This document shows, one piece after another, positions 29,385-39,979 of a stretch of DNA of 62,877 nt; the stretch's first letter is position 1; each line of letters begins with the position of its first letter. The position numbers and the translations under genes were made by a program. The notes below the pieces were generated by a model. That model made no database searches. It was not told the DNA's origin and saw nothing but the letters and a program-made list of their open reading frames with translations. Origin of the DNA: a candidate division WOR-3 bacterium (GTDB lineage Bacteria; Hydrothermota; Hydrothermia; B15-G9; WFZT01); NCBI GenBank assembly GCA_027053075.1, contig JALUEE010000004.1, positions 1 through 62,877 of the forward strand. The letters are read 5' to 3'.

Positions 29385-30593
29385 ATGGAACTCTTAGTTG
29401 TTCTCACCCTTGTTATAGGGTTTTTCATGGCGTGGGGTATAGGTGCAAACGATACAGCCAACTCCATGAGTACGGCAGTTGGTGCGAAAGCCATCACTCC
29501 TCTACAGGCTGTTTTCATCGCGGCTATCCTTGAATTTACCGGCTCGTACTTCTTTGGCAAACACGTTACAGAGACTGTGAGAAAGGGCATAATCAATCCC
29601 ATGGTCATAAACAACGTAGATGTGGTTATCTATGGCTCGCTTTCTGCTCTTCTTGCTGCTGGTGTCTGGCTTTTGATTGCCAGTTACTACGGTCTCCCTG
29701 TATCTACCACACATTCTATCATAGGTGGAATTGTAGGTTACGGATTACTCTATGCGGGCCCGAAAATTGTCAACTGGACAAAGCTTACCTATGTAGTTTT
29801 GAGCTGGATAATTTCGCCCATTCTCGGGGGACTTGTGGGCTTCGCCGTTTTCTGGCTTATAAGGCTGAGTATCTTGAATACAAAGAAGCCCTATGAAAAT
29901 GCGAAGAAGTGGGCACCGATCTGGATAGGTCTCGCCTTTTTTATCGTTGGGATGACCTTCTATATTAAAACGGTTCACGGAAAGGACCTCGTGAAGGCAG
30001 CGCTTGTGGGGCTGGGCTTTGCTCTTGTGGCCTTCCTGGCCTCGAAAATCTGGGTTCACTTCAGGAGGGATGCTGCGGATGAGTATCAGGCTGTTGAAAA
30101 TATATTCAAGAGCGTTCAGGTGATAACGTCCTGTTACGTGGCACTTGCTCACGGAGCCAATGATGTTGCCAACGCGATAGGACCTGTTGCGGCTGTGTAT
30201 AGTGCAATAAAAGGGGGATTGCAGGGGTTTATGGTGCCGGTACCAAAGTGGATTCTGGCCTACGGTGGTATTGGAATTGCAATTGGGGTGACCACCTACG
30301 GATACAGGGTAATGAAAACTGTGGGGACAAGGATTACGGAGCTTACAAATACTCGCGGCTTCAGTATCGATTTTTCAGCTGCAACTGTTGTGCTTGTTGC
30401 TTCCCGAATGGGACTCCCCATTTCAACCACCCATACAGTGGTGGGAGCTGTGGTGGGTGTGGGGCTCGCCCGCGGTCTCAGTGCTATCAATAAAGGGGTT
30501 TTGAGGGATATTGTGGTTTCATGGTTTGTTACAATACCGGTGGCTGCTGTTTTGGCGGCAGTTTTCTTTAAAATATTCATGTACATCTTTTAG
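29385..30593 (+). CDS. pit: PiT family inorganic phosphate transporter
   Basis: GANDTANS and HGANDVAN signature motifs, PVSTTH. Confidence 0.93.
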   Translation: MELLVVLTLVIGFFMAWGIGANDTANSMSTAVGAKAITPLQAVFIAAILEFTGSYFFGKHVTETVRKGIINPMVINNVDVVIYGSLSALLAAGVWLLIASYYGLPVSTTHSIIGGIVGYGLLYAGPKIVNWTKLTYVVLSWIISPILGGLVGFAVFWLIRLSILNTKKPYENAKKWAPIWIGLAFFIVGMTFYIKTVHGKDLVKAALVGLGFALVAFLASKIWVHFRRDAADEYQAVENIFKSVQVITSCYVALAHGANDVANAIGPVAAVYSAIKGGLQGFMVPVPKWILAYGGIGIAIGVTTYGYRVMKTVGTRITELTNTRGFSIDFSAATVVLVASRMGLPISTTHTVVGAVVGVGLARGLSAINKGVLRDIVVSWFVTIPVAAVLAAVFFKIFMYIF

Positions 30594-30604
30594 GAGGTGA
30601 AATT

Positions 30605-31285
30605 ATGCCTTTCTGGCTTAAGATATTTTCAAAAAGTCCATTCAAACCAATGATTGAGCATGGCAAGGTTGTAAAAGATACAGTGGAAACCCTCGAGCTG
30701 GCGGTTACAGAATGGTACAAGCAGAATTACGATGAGATGGAGAGACTCTGTGGAAAAGTGGATCAGCTTGAAAAAGAGGCGGACAGGCTCAAGGAATCCA
30801 TCAGAGATTCATTGAGCCACAGGATAATGATGCCCGTGAGCAGAAACGATGTGCTCCTCTATCTCTACTATCAGGATAAGATTGCAGACAGGGCGCAGGA
30901 TGTGGCAAAGTGGTTACCTCTGAGGAAAAACAAAGACCTTTTGCCCGAGGAGCTGAGAAGAATAGTGCTTGAAATGGCCAAGGAGAGCATTGATGCGGTG
31001 AGGGGCGTTTACGAAGCTATCACACAGCTTGATGTTGTTCTTGAGAGTGGATTCAACGAAGAGGAGATAAAGAAGGAGTACGAAATAATCAAAAAGGTTG
31101 AGACAGTTGAGAGTAAGATTGATAAATATGTGAGCTATATCCTAAACTACGTTTTTCAGCACGATGATGACATGAAGTACTCTGAGGCGCTTTACATCTT
31201 GAATTTATCGAGACTCTTGAGCTCAATATCGGATAAGGCAAAGGATTCTGTGGAAAGAATCAGGCAGATGTTAGCACGTTCCTGA
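30605..31285 (+). CDS. DUF47 / TIGR00153 phosphate transport regulator
   Basis: SPFKPM.EH, LEKEAD, QDKIAD; adjacent to pit. Confidence 0.88.
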   Translation: MPFWLKIFSKSPFKPMIEHGKVVKDTVETLELAVTEWYKQNYDEMERLCGKVDQLEKEADRLKESIRDSLSHRIMMPVSRNDVLLYLYYQDKIADRAQDVAKWLPLRKNKDLLPEELRRIVLEMAKESIDAVRGVYEAITQLDVVLESGFNEEEIKKEYEIIKKVETVESKIDKYVSYILNYVFQHDDDMKYSEALYILNLSRLLSSISDKAKDSVERIRQMLARS

Positions 31286-33167
31286 GCAGGAGGATAAGGA
31301 GTACAAAGATATTTGCGATAATTAGGTAGAGTTTAAGATGCGTGTTTTTCCAGTTTCCGGCAAGTCTGAATTTCTTTACAGGTTCAATGTACTTGACGCC
31401 AGAGTCGCTAAAATTCACTCTCTGCCCGGAAAGAGCAGAGACTCCCTCGAGTGTTTGGAACAGGTCTGAGAGTTTCTCTATCTGGTCCTCATCAACACAG
31501 TGAAGCACGAGGAAGGTTCTAAATGTTTTCCCCTGTGGATAAATTAGCTCTTCTACATAAAGACTTGAATCAGCAGGGCTGAGGATATCAAAATCATGGC
31601 CAATGAGAACAAGATTTCGCCCCTTTGCATATTTTTTAGTGCTATCTGCCGTGGAAAGTACAAGAGTTGAATTTATAGTGCCACTCAGGCCGATAAATCT
31701 TGAGAAGTTAACTGCAAGCTTGAGTTTCTCTGGTGTGTAGTGGTCCATGACTATGGCCGTTTTAAGGTTCTTATAGGTAGCGCCCACAGGAAATGCCATA
31801 TATTTCAGGTATTTCAAGTCTGGAAGAGAAACACTCCAGGTTCTTTTTATATCAAAAGCTGATTTATTGCTCAGGAAAACATGCGGCTCGATGTCATGAG
31901 CCACACTTCTCAATTCAACATAAATTTTGAGAGTATTCCTTAGCTGAATAAACTCACCGGGAGCTTTTAAATCGAGTCCATTTTTGACCTGAGAAAAGTA
32001 ATTGGTTCCAAGTGGATGTCCATTGAAAAATATACTGAATTTTGACGTAAAGGGATCAAGGATTTTGTCCGTGACGAATGAGAGTTTAACGTGGCCACTT
32101 TGAGGATAAAATTTAGTCCCGGGCAAGAAATTTATCCTAATTGTTGTATCAGTCCTTTCTCCCTTCAGTAAAATGTCATTCCATTTCAGGTCGGAGAGTT
32201 TGAACTTTCCTTCAGGCGGTGCGACCCATCTTTGATTCAAAAAAGAGCTTTCTGCCCCAGAGATAATTGCGTGCCCATTTTGGACCTCGTAGGAGTTGTC
32301 AAGGAGCGCCGAGAGGCCCTTTCTAATTCCATCAGGAGTAGCAGAAGATATGATCAAGACAGGCACTCCAAGATTGTTTGTGATAAATATGAGTACTCCC
32401 GCCTTTTTGCTGATTTTTTTACCTCCAATTGTTTGCCAGATGAATTTCCCCTTGTAACCACGAGCAATGTTCATCCCCGCATCCTGGCGGATTTTCCCCA
32501 GGATTTCTGAAATGTACGGCTGCTCTTCAGGTGTACCGATTACAACTATCCCTCCACTTTTAACACCCGCTGGGTTGGTTTCAAGAACAACATAAACCGA
32601 GTCACCGTAAAGGAAGCCTATGGCCTGAGAGAATAGGGAAAGCGCTGAAAGTGTTTTAACACTGGCCTTTTCTGGAGCCACAAGATAGAGTTTCCCTGAT
32701 GAGAGTTCTATGAATTTTGAGAGAGAAGAAAACTGTATGTTTCTTCTCTCAACGTCAGCACCGATGGCGATGGAGTCAATTTCAACGATGTTTTTTACCC
32801 CATAATCAATGGGGCCATCGAGGAAGAATTCAAGTCTATTATATTTGCCGAGCCAGGTGGTTGGGAAAGTTAGATTCAAATAGTTTGATGTATCGCTAAT
32901 AAGTGAACTGTGAAGGGTGTGGTAGTTTAATGAAACTTTCAGGAAAAATCTCCTCGCAATGGTGTCAAGAATCTGGTAATGGATTTTTAGAACGGATTCT
33001 CCCGGCTTGAGATAGTCAGCGAATGGGATTTTGAAAATCTGATCGCTGTAATCGCTGGGACTTCTTAAGACCACGGGGACTTTTATGCCTATCTCTGCAG
33101 CCCTGATCCAGCGAAACTTTGCTGATAGTGGCAGGATAAGAAGCAGAAAAAATAGTAGCCTTTTCAT
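31260..33167 (-). CDS. BcsB-like periplasmic protein with C-terminal TM anchor
   Basis: Signal peptide; FNGHPLG and LPDLKYLKYMAFP motifs; alternating beta-sandwich and flavodoxin-like segments; C-terminal helix. Confidence 0.55.
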   Translation of the reverse strand: MKRLLFFLLLILPLSAKFRWIRAAEIGIKVPVVLRSPSDYSDQIFKIPFADYLKPGESVLKIHYQILDTIARRFFLKVSLNYHTLHSSLISDTSNYLNLTFPTTWLGKYNRLEFFLDGPIDYGVKNIVEIDSIAIGADVERRNIQFSSLSKFIELSSGKLYLVAPEKASVKTLSALSLFSQAIGFLYGDSVYVVLETNPAGVKSGGIVVIGTPEEQPYISEILGKIRQDAGMNIARGYKGKFIWQTIGGKKISKKAGVLIFITNNLGVPVLIISSATPDGIRKGLSALLDNSYEVQNGHAIISGAESSFLNQRWVAPPEGKFKLSDLKWNDILLKGERTDTTIRINFLPGTKFYPQSGHVKLSFVTDKILDPFTSKFSIFFNGHPLGTNYFSQVKNGLDLKAPGEFIQLRNTLKIYVELRSVAHDIEPHVFLSNKSAFDIKRTWSVSLPDLKYLKYMAFPVGATYKNLKTAIVMDHYTPEKLKLAVNFSRFIGLSGTINSTLVLSTADSTKKYAKGRNLVLIGHDFDILSPADSSLYVEELIYPQGKTFRTFLVLHCVDEDQIEKLSDLFQTLEGVSALSGQRVNFSDSGVKYIEPVKKFRLAGNWKNTHLKLYLIIANIFVLLILLLRNVLTSA

Positions 33168-33213
33168 ACGTGTTTAGTTTACACAATATTTACAACTGAC
33201 ACAAATCGGTGGC

Positions 33214-33714
33214 CTATTTCACACTCTCTATAATGAATTTCAGGTATTTTGGCATTGCCTTTGGGCCCTGAGCAGTAAAGAGGTTCCCGTCTCTCTCAAA
33301 AGGTTCACCGGTGTAATTACCACCAGCGTTAATGATGTCATCCTTTATTGCAAAGTAGCCTGTTACCTTCTTGCCTTTAATTATTCCCGCTGAGATAAGT
33401 ACCCATGGGCCGTGGCAGATGGTGCAAACAGGTTTGCCCGCTTCATACATTCTTCGCACAAATTCAAGGATTTTTCCATTTCTTCTCAATCTATCCGGGG
33501 CATAGCCACCGGGGATAAAAACAAGGTCGAATTCTTTCTCCATGCCATCCTCAATTGACCGATCGGACTTGAATTTAAGGCCATTTTTGCCTTTGTATTC
33601 CCTCACCTCCGGGGCTACAACAACCACATCCCATCCTTCCTCTTTAAACCTGTAAAAGGGGTACATAAACTCAGATTCCTCCACGAAATCTTCTAAAAGT
33701 AAAGCGACCTTCAT
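33214..33714 (-). CDS. pfpI: PfpI/DJ-1 family protein
   Basis: EESE..YP, IPGGYAPDRLR, ICHGPW; GGAGGTGA RBS before ATG 33714. Confidence 0.9.
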   Translation of the reverse strand: MKVALLLEDFVEESEFMYPFYRFKEEGWDVVVVAPEVREYKGKNGLKFKSDRSIEDGMEKEFDLVFIPGGYAPDRLRRNGKILEFVRRMYEAGKPVCTICHGPWVLISAGIIKGKKVTGYFAIKDDIINAGGNYTGEPFERDGNLFTAQGPKAMPKYLKFIIESVK

Positions 33715-33727
33715 GGCTTCACCTCCT

Positions 33728-35767
33728 CTAAAAGATGTAGTTTTTCTTTCTTCTCCGTTTAATCCTGTGTCTCTCTTTTTTGTGTCCTTTTGCCTCAAAG
33801 AGGGCATCACGGTAGAGGGCAGCTTTTTCAAAATCAAGGAGCGATGCTGCAATTTTCATGCGTCTTTCAAGCTCTTCAATGAGCTCATATTTGTCCAGGG
33901 ACCGCTTCAACTCCTCAATTTCCTCTGCCACTTCGTTTTCCTCTTTCGTCAAAATTCTCTCATCTGCAACTTTGGTGGTTTTTAAAACCTGCTCTACGGA
34001 TTTTTTAATGGTTTTGGGCACTATTCCGTGCTTTTTGTTGTATTCTATCTGGAGTTTCCTCCTCCTCTCTGTTTCCTCGATGGCCTTTTTCATAGCCGGT
34101 GTGATGGTGTCAGCGTACATGATAACCTCACCGGCAGAATTTCTCGCTGCCCTGCCAGCAATCTGTATCAATGATGTCTCCGAGCGTAGAAAGCCGGTTT
34201 TATCTGCATCTGTGATGATGACAAGTGAAACTTCAGGTAGGTCGAGCCCCTCACGGAGCAGGTTTACCCCAACAAGAACATCAAATTCCCCGAGCCTGAG
34301 CTCTCGAAGTATCTCCACTCGCTCAATAGCGTCAATCTCCGAGTGGAGATATTTTACCCTGAATCCCATTTTAAAAAGGTAATCGGCCAGGTCTTCGGCC
34401 ATCCGCTTTGTGAGCGTTGTAATTAAAACTCTCTCCTTCTTTTCCACCCTTTTGCTGATCTCGTTGATTATGTCGTCTATCTGATTCTTTGTTGGTTTCA
34501 CGGTGATTTTGGGGTCAACGAGTCCCGTGGGTCTGATAATCTGCTCAACCACAATGCCACCGGATTTTTTGAGTTCGTAGGGACCAGGGGTGGCAGACAT
34601 AAAGATCACCTTATCCCACATTTCTTCAAGTTCACTGAATTTTAAGGGTCTATTGTCCAGTGCAGAGGGGAGTCTGAAGCCGTACTCAACCAATGTCAGC
34701 TTCCTCGAGCGGTCCCCGTTGTACATGCCCATCAACTGGGGGATGGTTACATGGGATTCGTCAATAACCATGAGGAAATCGTCGGGGAAGTAGTCGATCA
34801 ATGTCCAGGGTCGCTGTCCGGGTGCACGTCCTGAAAGGTGCCTCGAGTAATTTTCCACACCCTGGCAGTAGCCGATTTCACGGAGCATTTCGAGGTCAAA
34901 TCTCGTCCGCTGTTCCAGCCTCTGTGCTTCTAAGAATTTGCCCTGAATTCGGAGCTCTTTGAGCCTTTCCTCAAGCTCCTTCTCAATGGATTCGATGGCA
35001 CTTTCAATCTTATCCCTTGTGGTTACCCAGTGCCCTGCGGGATAGATAGCGATTTTCTCCTTTTCCTCAAGTACTTCGTCTGTCAATGGGTGAATGATTT
35101 CGATGGAGTCCACTTCGTCACCAAAGAATTCGATTCTCACGATATTTTCCTCATAAGCCGGGATGAGTTCCACGACGTCTCCCCTTACCCTGAAAGTTCC
35201 CCTCTGGAGGTCGTAATCGTTTCTTGTGTACTGAATTTCTACAAGTCTCCTTAAAAGGGTGTCTCTGTCGAGTTCTTCTCCTCTTTCAATAAGGATGAAG
35301 AGCTTTTTAACGTCCTCTGGGTCACCCAGTCCATAGATTGCTGAAACTGAGGCAACAATGATTACGTCCTCCCTCTCCATGAGGGAGGCAGTTGCCCTGA
35401 GTCTCATTCGCTCGATGTCATCGTTTATTGAGGATTCTTTCTCAATATAAGTATCTGTTTCCGGAATGTAGGCCTCAGGCTGATAGTAATCGTAGTAGGA
35501 AATGAAGTATTCAACTGCATTTTCGGGAAATAACTGTTTGAACTCACCGTAGAGCTGGGCGGCGAGGGTTTTATTGTGGGAAATAACAAGTGTGGGCTTA
35601 CCCAACTCGGCTATAACATTGGCAATGGTAAAGGTTTTTCCGCTGCCAGTTACCCCCAGGAGTACCTGGAATTTATGGCCTTTTTTAAAATTTTCCACAA
35701 GCTCGCGAATCGCTTTCGGCTGGTCTCCTGTAGGCTTATACGGGGAGACGAGTTTGAACTTAGCCAT
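33728..35767 (-). CDS. uvrB: Excinuclease ABC subunit B
   Basis: [29 protein letters not shown]-terminal UVR domain. Confidence 0.98.
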   Translation of the reverse strand: MAKFKLVSPYKPTGDQPKAIRELVENFKKGHKFQVLLGVTGSGKTFTIANVIAELGKPTLVISHNKTLAAQLYGEFKQLFPENAVEYFISYYDYYQPEAYIPETDTYIEKESSINDDIERMRLRATASLMEREDVIIVASVSAIYGLGDPEDVKKLFILIERGEELDRDTLLRRLVEIQYTRNDYDLQRGTFRVRGDVVELIPAYEENIVRIEFFGDEVDSIEIIHPLTDEVLEEKEKIAIYPAGHWVTTRDKIESAIESIEKELEERLKELRIQGKFLEAQRLEQRTRFDLEMLREIGYCQGVENYSRHLSGRAPGQRPWTLIDYFPDDFLMVIDESHVTIPQLMGMYNGDRSRKLTLVEYGFRLPSALDNRPLKFSELEEMWDKVIFMSATPGPYELKKSGGIVVEQIIRPTGLVDPKITVKPTKNQIDDIINEISKRVEKKERVLITTLTKRMAEDLADYLFKMGFRVKYLHSEIDAIERVEILRELRLGEFDVLVGVNLLREGLDLPEVSLVIITDADKTGFLRSETSLIQIAGRAARNSAGEVIMYADTITPAMKKAIEETERRRKLQIEYNKKHGIVPKTIKKSVEQVLKTTKVADERILTKEENEVAEEIEELKRSLDKYELIEELERRMKIAASLLDFEKAALYRDALFEAKGHKKERHRIKRRRKKNYIF

Positions 35768-35775
35768 GGTAGTAA

Positions 35776-35804
35776 AAGGTATCTTTCAGGGGTTCTAATG
35801 TCAA
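35776..35804 (-). promoter_or_regulatory. uvrB promoter (leaderless-like)
   Basis: TTGACA-N17-TACCTT-N8-ATG, no SD. Confidence 0.6.
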
Positions 35805-35828
35805 TGAGGGGCTGTTTGGGAGAGTTGT

Positions 35829-35869
35829 CATCGGCTTCCCCACGCACGAAGTGCGTGGGGAAGCCGATG
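35829..35869. repeat. Perfect 19-bp-arm palindrome with GAA loop
   Basis: CATCGGCTTCCCCACGCAC-GAA-GTGCGTGGGGAAGCCGATG. Confidence 0.8.
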
Positions 35870-35887
35870 GCTATTTTCAAAACAAAT

Positions 35888-38050
35888 TCAATTCGAAATT
35901 ATCAATCTTTTGGTATAAGTAGCAACCCTGTTAAAATACCTGACTTTTGAGTAAATGAAATAGGTTCCGGTAGGTAAGGAAATTGAGACGTGGTGTCTTC
36001 CTGCATTGTAGGATCCTTTCCAGACCTGTCTTCCTGCTACATCATAAAGTTTAAGCTCAGCCCTCGCACCACGCTTAACCTCAAGAGATATGTCAAATCT
36101 ACTCACCGAATTCACTTTTATTTTTAAGGGGTTAGTAACAGAGTGTGTGCCATCCTCTTCAACCCAGACACCGTAAAACTGATGAATCTGAAGCCCAGCC
36201 CATTCATCAGCCACATAAGCATATCCACCTGTAACATATACTCCAGACGCATATCCAGGGGTATCGTAATAACCCACCTCATGAGGATTGGCTGGATTAC
36301 TTACATCTATCACCCTCAATCCACCCCCACCATCAGCCACATAAGCATATCCACCTGTCACATATACTCCCATTGCCCATCCAGGAGTATCGTAATAACC
36401 CACCTCATGAGGATTGGCTGGATTACTTACATCTATCACCCTCAATCCAAGACCACCATCAGCCACATAAGCATATCCACCTGTAAGATATACTCCCCAC
36501 GTATATCCAGGGGTATTGTAATAACCCACCTCATGAGGATTGTAAGGATTACTTACATCTATTACCCTCAATCCAGCCGTATCATCAGCCACATAAGCAT
36601 ATTCTCCTGTTACATATACTTCTATCGCGTATCCAGGGGTACTGTAATAACCCACTTCATGAGGATTGGCTGGATTACTCACATCTATCACCCTCAATCC
36701 ACCCCCACCATCAGCCACATAAGCATATCCACCTGTCACATATACTCCCATTGCCCATCCAGGAGTATCGTAATAACCCACTTCCTGAGGATTGGCCGGA
36801 TTACTCACATCTATCACTCTCAATCCAGCCCCATAATCAGCCACATAAGCGTATTCATCTATCACATATACTCCCATTGCCCATCCAGGAGTATCGTAAT
36901 AACCCACTTCATGAGGATTGGCTGGATTACTCACATCTATCACCCTCAATCCAGCATAACCATCAGCCACATAAGCGTATCCACCTATCACATATATACC
37001 CCATGCACGTCCAGGAGTATTGTAATAACCCACCTCATGAGGTTTGTAAGGATTACTCACATCTATTACCCTCAATCCAGCCCAATAATCAGCTACATAA
37101 GTGTATCCACCTATCACATATACTCCTATTGCCCATCCAGGAGTATCGTAATAACCCACTTCATGAGGATTGGCTGGATTACTTACATCTATTACCCTCA
37201 ATCCAGCTAAATCAGTCACATAAGCGTATCCACCTGTCACATGTACTCCATACGCGTATCCAGGAGTATCGTAATAACCCACTTCATGAGGATTGGCTGG
37301 ATTACTTACATCTATTACCCTCAATCCAGCCTCATCATCAGCCACATAGGCATATCCTCCTGTTACATATACTTCTACCGCCCATCCAGGGGTATCGTAA
37401 TAACCCACCTCATGAGGATTGGAGGGATTACTCACATCTATCACCCTCAATCCAGCATAACTTGCAGCCACATAGGCATATCCTCCTGTCACATATACCC
37501 CTCCTGCCAATCCAGGGGTATCGTAATAACCCACCTCATGAGGATTGGAGGGATTACTCACATCTATCACCCTTAATCCAGAACCCCCTTCAGTCACGTA
37601 AGCATATCCACCTGTAACATATACTCCAGACGCAAATCCAGGGGTAAAATATGAGCTCAACTTCTGAGGTGAAGTAGGGTCACTCACATCCCATATCTCA
37701 AGCCCTCCGTTTACATCCGCTATGTATAATTTCCCACTGGAATAATACAGGTCGAATACTAAACCCCTTGTCACTATTTCGCTTATTTTCTGAGGATTCG
37801 CTTGATTACTCATATCAAGTATGTATACACCACCACCTGAACCAAGGAATACTGTATTGCCATTTATTGAGATAGTATAGGAAGGTCCAAAAGGCCATGC
37901 ACCGATAAATCTCACATTCAGCGAATCAAACCCGGATTCAAGCCCCGCTCCTGCTCTATCCGGCAGGCTAAACCTGCGCATCAAATGATTCACCTCATAA
38001 CCACTCCCCTGGCCAAAGGCCAGCACCATTACAATAACTAATTTTACCAT
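35888..38050 (-). CDS. LVIVD-repeat beta-propeller protein with T9SS-like C-terminal domain
   Basis: 11 near-identical 42-aa repeats, one partial repeat and two divergent repeats; LYDVAGRQV...LPTGTYF C-terminus; AGGAGG RBS. Confidence 0.9.
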   Translation of the reverse strand: MVKLVIVMVLAFGQGSGYEVNHLMRRFSLPDRAGAGLESGFDSLNVRFIGAWPFGPSYTISINGNTVFLGSGGGVYILDMSNQANPQKISEIVTRGLVFDLYYSSGKLYIADVNGGLEIWDVSDPTSPQKLSSYFTPGFASGVYVTGGYAYVTEGGSGLRVIDVSNPSNPHEVGYYDTPGLAGGVYVTGGYAYVAASYAGLRVIDVSNPSNPHEVGYYDTPGWAVEVYVTGGYAYVADDEAGLRVIDVSNPANPHEVGYYDTPGYAYGVHVTGGYAYVTDLAGLRVIDVSNPANPHEVGYYDTPGWAIGVYVIGGYTYVADYWAGLRVIDVSNPYKPHEVGYYNTPGRAWGIYVIGGYAYVADGYAGLRVIDVSNPANPHEVGYYDTPGWAMGVYVIDEYAYVADYGAGLRVIDVSNPANPQEVGYYDTPGWAMGVYVTGGYAYVADGGGGLRVIDVSNPANPHEVGYYSTPGYAIEVYVTGEYAYVADDTAGLRVIDVSNPYNPHEVGYYNTPGYTWGVYLTGGYAYVADGGLGLRVIDVSNPANPHEVGYYDTPGWAMGVYVTGGYAYVADGGGGLRVIDVSNPANPHEVGYYDTPGYASGVYVTGGYAYVADEWAGLQIHQFYGVWVEEDGTHSVTNPLKIKVNSVSRFDISLEVKRGARAELKLYDVAGRQVWKGSYNAGRHHVSISLPTGTYFIYSKVRYFNRVATYTKRLIISN
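36190..37650 (-). repeat. Coding tandem repeat, 126-bp unit (one unit 123 bp)
   Basis: Recurrent TCGTAATAACCCAC(C/T)TCATGAGGATTGG on the plus strand; boundaries approximate. Confidence 0.9.
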
Positions 38051-38347
38051 TCCCCTTACCTCCTTTCATAAATTTTACACTTTTATATTAGTGAATTCCA
38101 GAATATAATGAACCTGTTCAAATCCTATTTCGCATATGTAAGTATGAGATGAGGAATTCTGCAGGACATGTAAAAAGTCAATCTTTATTATGACGTTCAG
38201 TGAAGCTCGCAGACAGTTAATGAAAAAACCACTCTATGTAAGAGTAGTTTCTAAGTTCATGGCTGACATAATTTAAATATCTGCAATTTTTGAAAAATAA
38301 ATTCGCAGTTTCTGATCCCGATTAATACTACCATCTCATTTGCATTC

Positions 38348-38785
38348 TCAGGAGGTGCCATTCCTCAATCGGAAAATTACAGGAATTTTGACCCATTTTG
38401 GCACAGCTTTGCCTGTGGAATCTTTTCCGGGCTCAAAGGTGTATTTTCTTACTGCCTTGACTGCAGCACTATCGAGAATGGGATATCCAGAGGATTTCAA
38501 CACTAAAGCCTTTTTCACAAGGCCGTCTGTCCCTACAAGCGTGTTGATAATCACCGTGCCTTCCCATCCATTTTTACGTGCCTCCTCTGGATACTCGGGA
38601 GTCACTGCATTCTTAACCCTCGGAAATTCTCCGTTTAAATTTGATGTGGTTTGCATTACTCTGAGTTCAGATGTAGATGACATTAAAGGGCTGTTCCTGA
38701 GTCCGGTGTAAATCAAAAAGAGCAAAATTGTATTGATGGCAAGGAGTCCTACAATGATTCCATCTAAAATTTCTGACCTTCTCAT
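38348..38785 (-). CDS. Short TonB C-terminal domain protein
   Basis: N-terminal TM; PEYPEEARKNGWEGTV...LDSAAVKAVRKYTFEP...IPVIFRL. Confidence 0.88.
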   Translation of the reverse strand: MRRSEILDGIIVGLLAINTILLFLIYTGLRNSPLMSSTSELRVMQTTSNLNGEFPRVKNAVTPEYPEEARKNGWEGTVIINTLVGTDGLVKKALVLKSSGYPILDSAAVKAVRKYTFEPGKDSTGKAVPKWVKIPVIFRLRNGTS

Positions 38786-38788
38786 GAT

Positions 38789-39112
38789 TTACCTCCCGTT
38801 TATTAAAACCTTTACAACTGCGTTTTTCTGCTCCGAGATGATAAGCTCATGAAACTGAGCCTTGTGGGGTTTGAACGTCAGAAGCAGTGTGAGGAGGGTG
38901 GCCATCACTGCGAATGCAGTGATGGCCACCCTCCTCACCCTTAACTTCCTCTCAACCCTTACCATCCGCAGAGTTTCCCTCAATTTCTTTTCCTCTCTGT
39001 AGAACCTTCTACATTCCTCACAAACTTTTATGTGCTCAAGTACGAGTTTCCTCTCTTTTTCGTCTAATTCCTCAAAGAGCGCAATTTTTTCTTGAATTTC
39101 CCTGCAATTCAT
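38789..39112 (-). CDS. zf-HC2 anti-sigma factor
   Basis: MNC...EHIKVCEEC followed by a TM helix; overlaps the ECF sigma stop. Confidence 0.85.
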   Translation of the reverse strand: MNCREIQEKIALFEELDEKERKLVLEHIKVCEECRRFYREEKKLRETLRMVRVERKLRVRRVAITAFAVMATLLTLLLTFKPHKAQFHELIISEQKNAVVKVLINGR

Positions 39113-39549
39113 AAATATCCCTCCAGACAGTTTCTAAGTTTTTCTCTTGCCCTGAAAAGGTGGGTTTTCACCGTTCCCTGAGATATTCCAATCTCCCCGG
39201 CAATTTCGGACGTTTTGTATCCCTCCATATAAAACAGAACGACCACGACCCGCTGAATCCTTGTTAGTTTATCGAGACAATTCTGAACATGGATAATTTT
39301 TGTGTTGTCAGGAATGGTAACTTCAGGAAGCTCCCGGATATTCAGGGGTATGATTTTCTTCCGTCTTTCATCTATGAAAAGGTTTACCATGGTTTTCCTT
39401 ATGTATGCAGTGGGATTCGAAACAGAATCCCGCTTTCTCAGGAGCCTGAAAATGGCTTCCTGAACCAGATCACGCGCATCATCCAGATTTCCACACAGTC
39501 TGAAGCCAAAGTTCAGAAGCATTTCCAGTTGGTCCTCACTGAATTTCAT
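39109..39549 (-). CDS. ECF sigma factor
   Basis: DARDLVQEA (region 2), EIAGEIGISQGTVKTHLFRAR (region 4); start uncertain (39549, 39558 or 39576). Confidence 0.9.
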   Translation of the reverse strand: MKFSEDQLEMLLNFGFRLCGNLDDARDLVQEAIFRLLRKRDSVSNPTAYIRKTMVNLFIDERRKKIIPLNIRELPEVTIPDNTKIIHVQNCLDKLTRIQRVVVVLFYMEGYKTSEIAGEIGISQGTVKTHLFRAREKLRNCLEGYL

Positions 39550-39561
39550 CTCATTCATAAT

Positions 39562-39589
39562 GACGAACTTCCCCATGAATTGGTTTACA
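39562..39589 (-). promoter_or_regulatory. Putative ECF autoregulatory promoter
   Basis: TGTAAAC-N17-CGTC fits the AAC...CGT ECF pattern. Confidence 0.55.
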
Positions 39590-39635
39590 TGATAAGTAAA
39601 TTCTACAACCTTTGACAGAAATTAATCGTGAGGAT

Positions 39636-39794
39636 GAGTCTGTTCAAATATTCACAGATTCAAAATACTCCTCTCATCGCTTAGATACTTGCGACAACAT
39701 ATTTCACGCACAAAATGAGCAATCTCCCGGTGTGGAAGGTAAACTTGGATAAAGTTGCCTCTCAAATGTGAAAAATGAATTTCCGAACAGGCTC
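39636..39794. mobile_element. Putative MITE
   Basis: Ends GAGTCTGTTC / GAACAGGCTC (9/10 inverted match). Confidence 0.55.
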
Positions 39795-39979
39795 GGTTGT
39801 AAGTACCTGTATCACGCGTAAAAATATATCTGTAAGCTGACAGCGGCCTTCCAAACCTTTCATAAATGACAATATTTTCAATCTTTTTAATTTTAGATTT
39901 AAGTCAATTGTGATAGTTGATGATTTTGCAAAGTGTCAATAAAATTAAATTAACAACGTCTTTTACAAGGAGGTAAAAA

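Noticed and set aside
36143..37617. Long plus-strand ORFs and regular repeats resembling a CRISPR array
   Set aside because: Antisense shadows of the 126-bp coding repeat; no unique spacers and no cas genes
35888..38050. Diversity-generating retroelement target
   Set aside because: No reverse transcriptase or non-coding template repeat in the window, and the variation is not obviously adenine-specific
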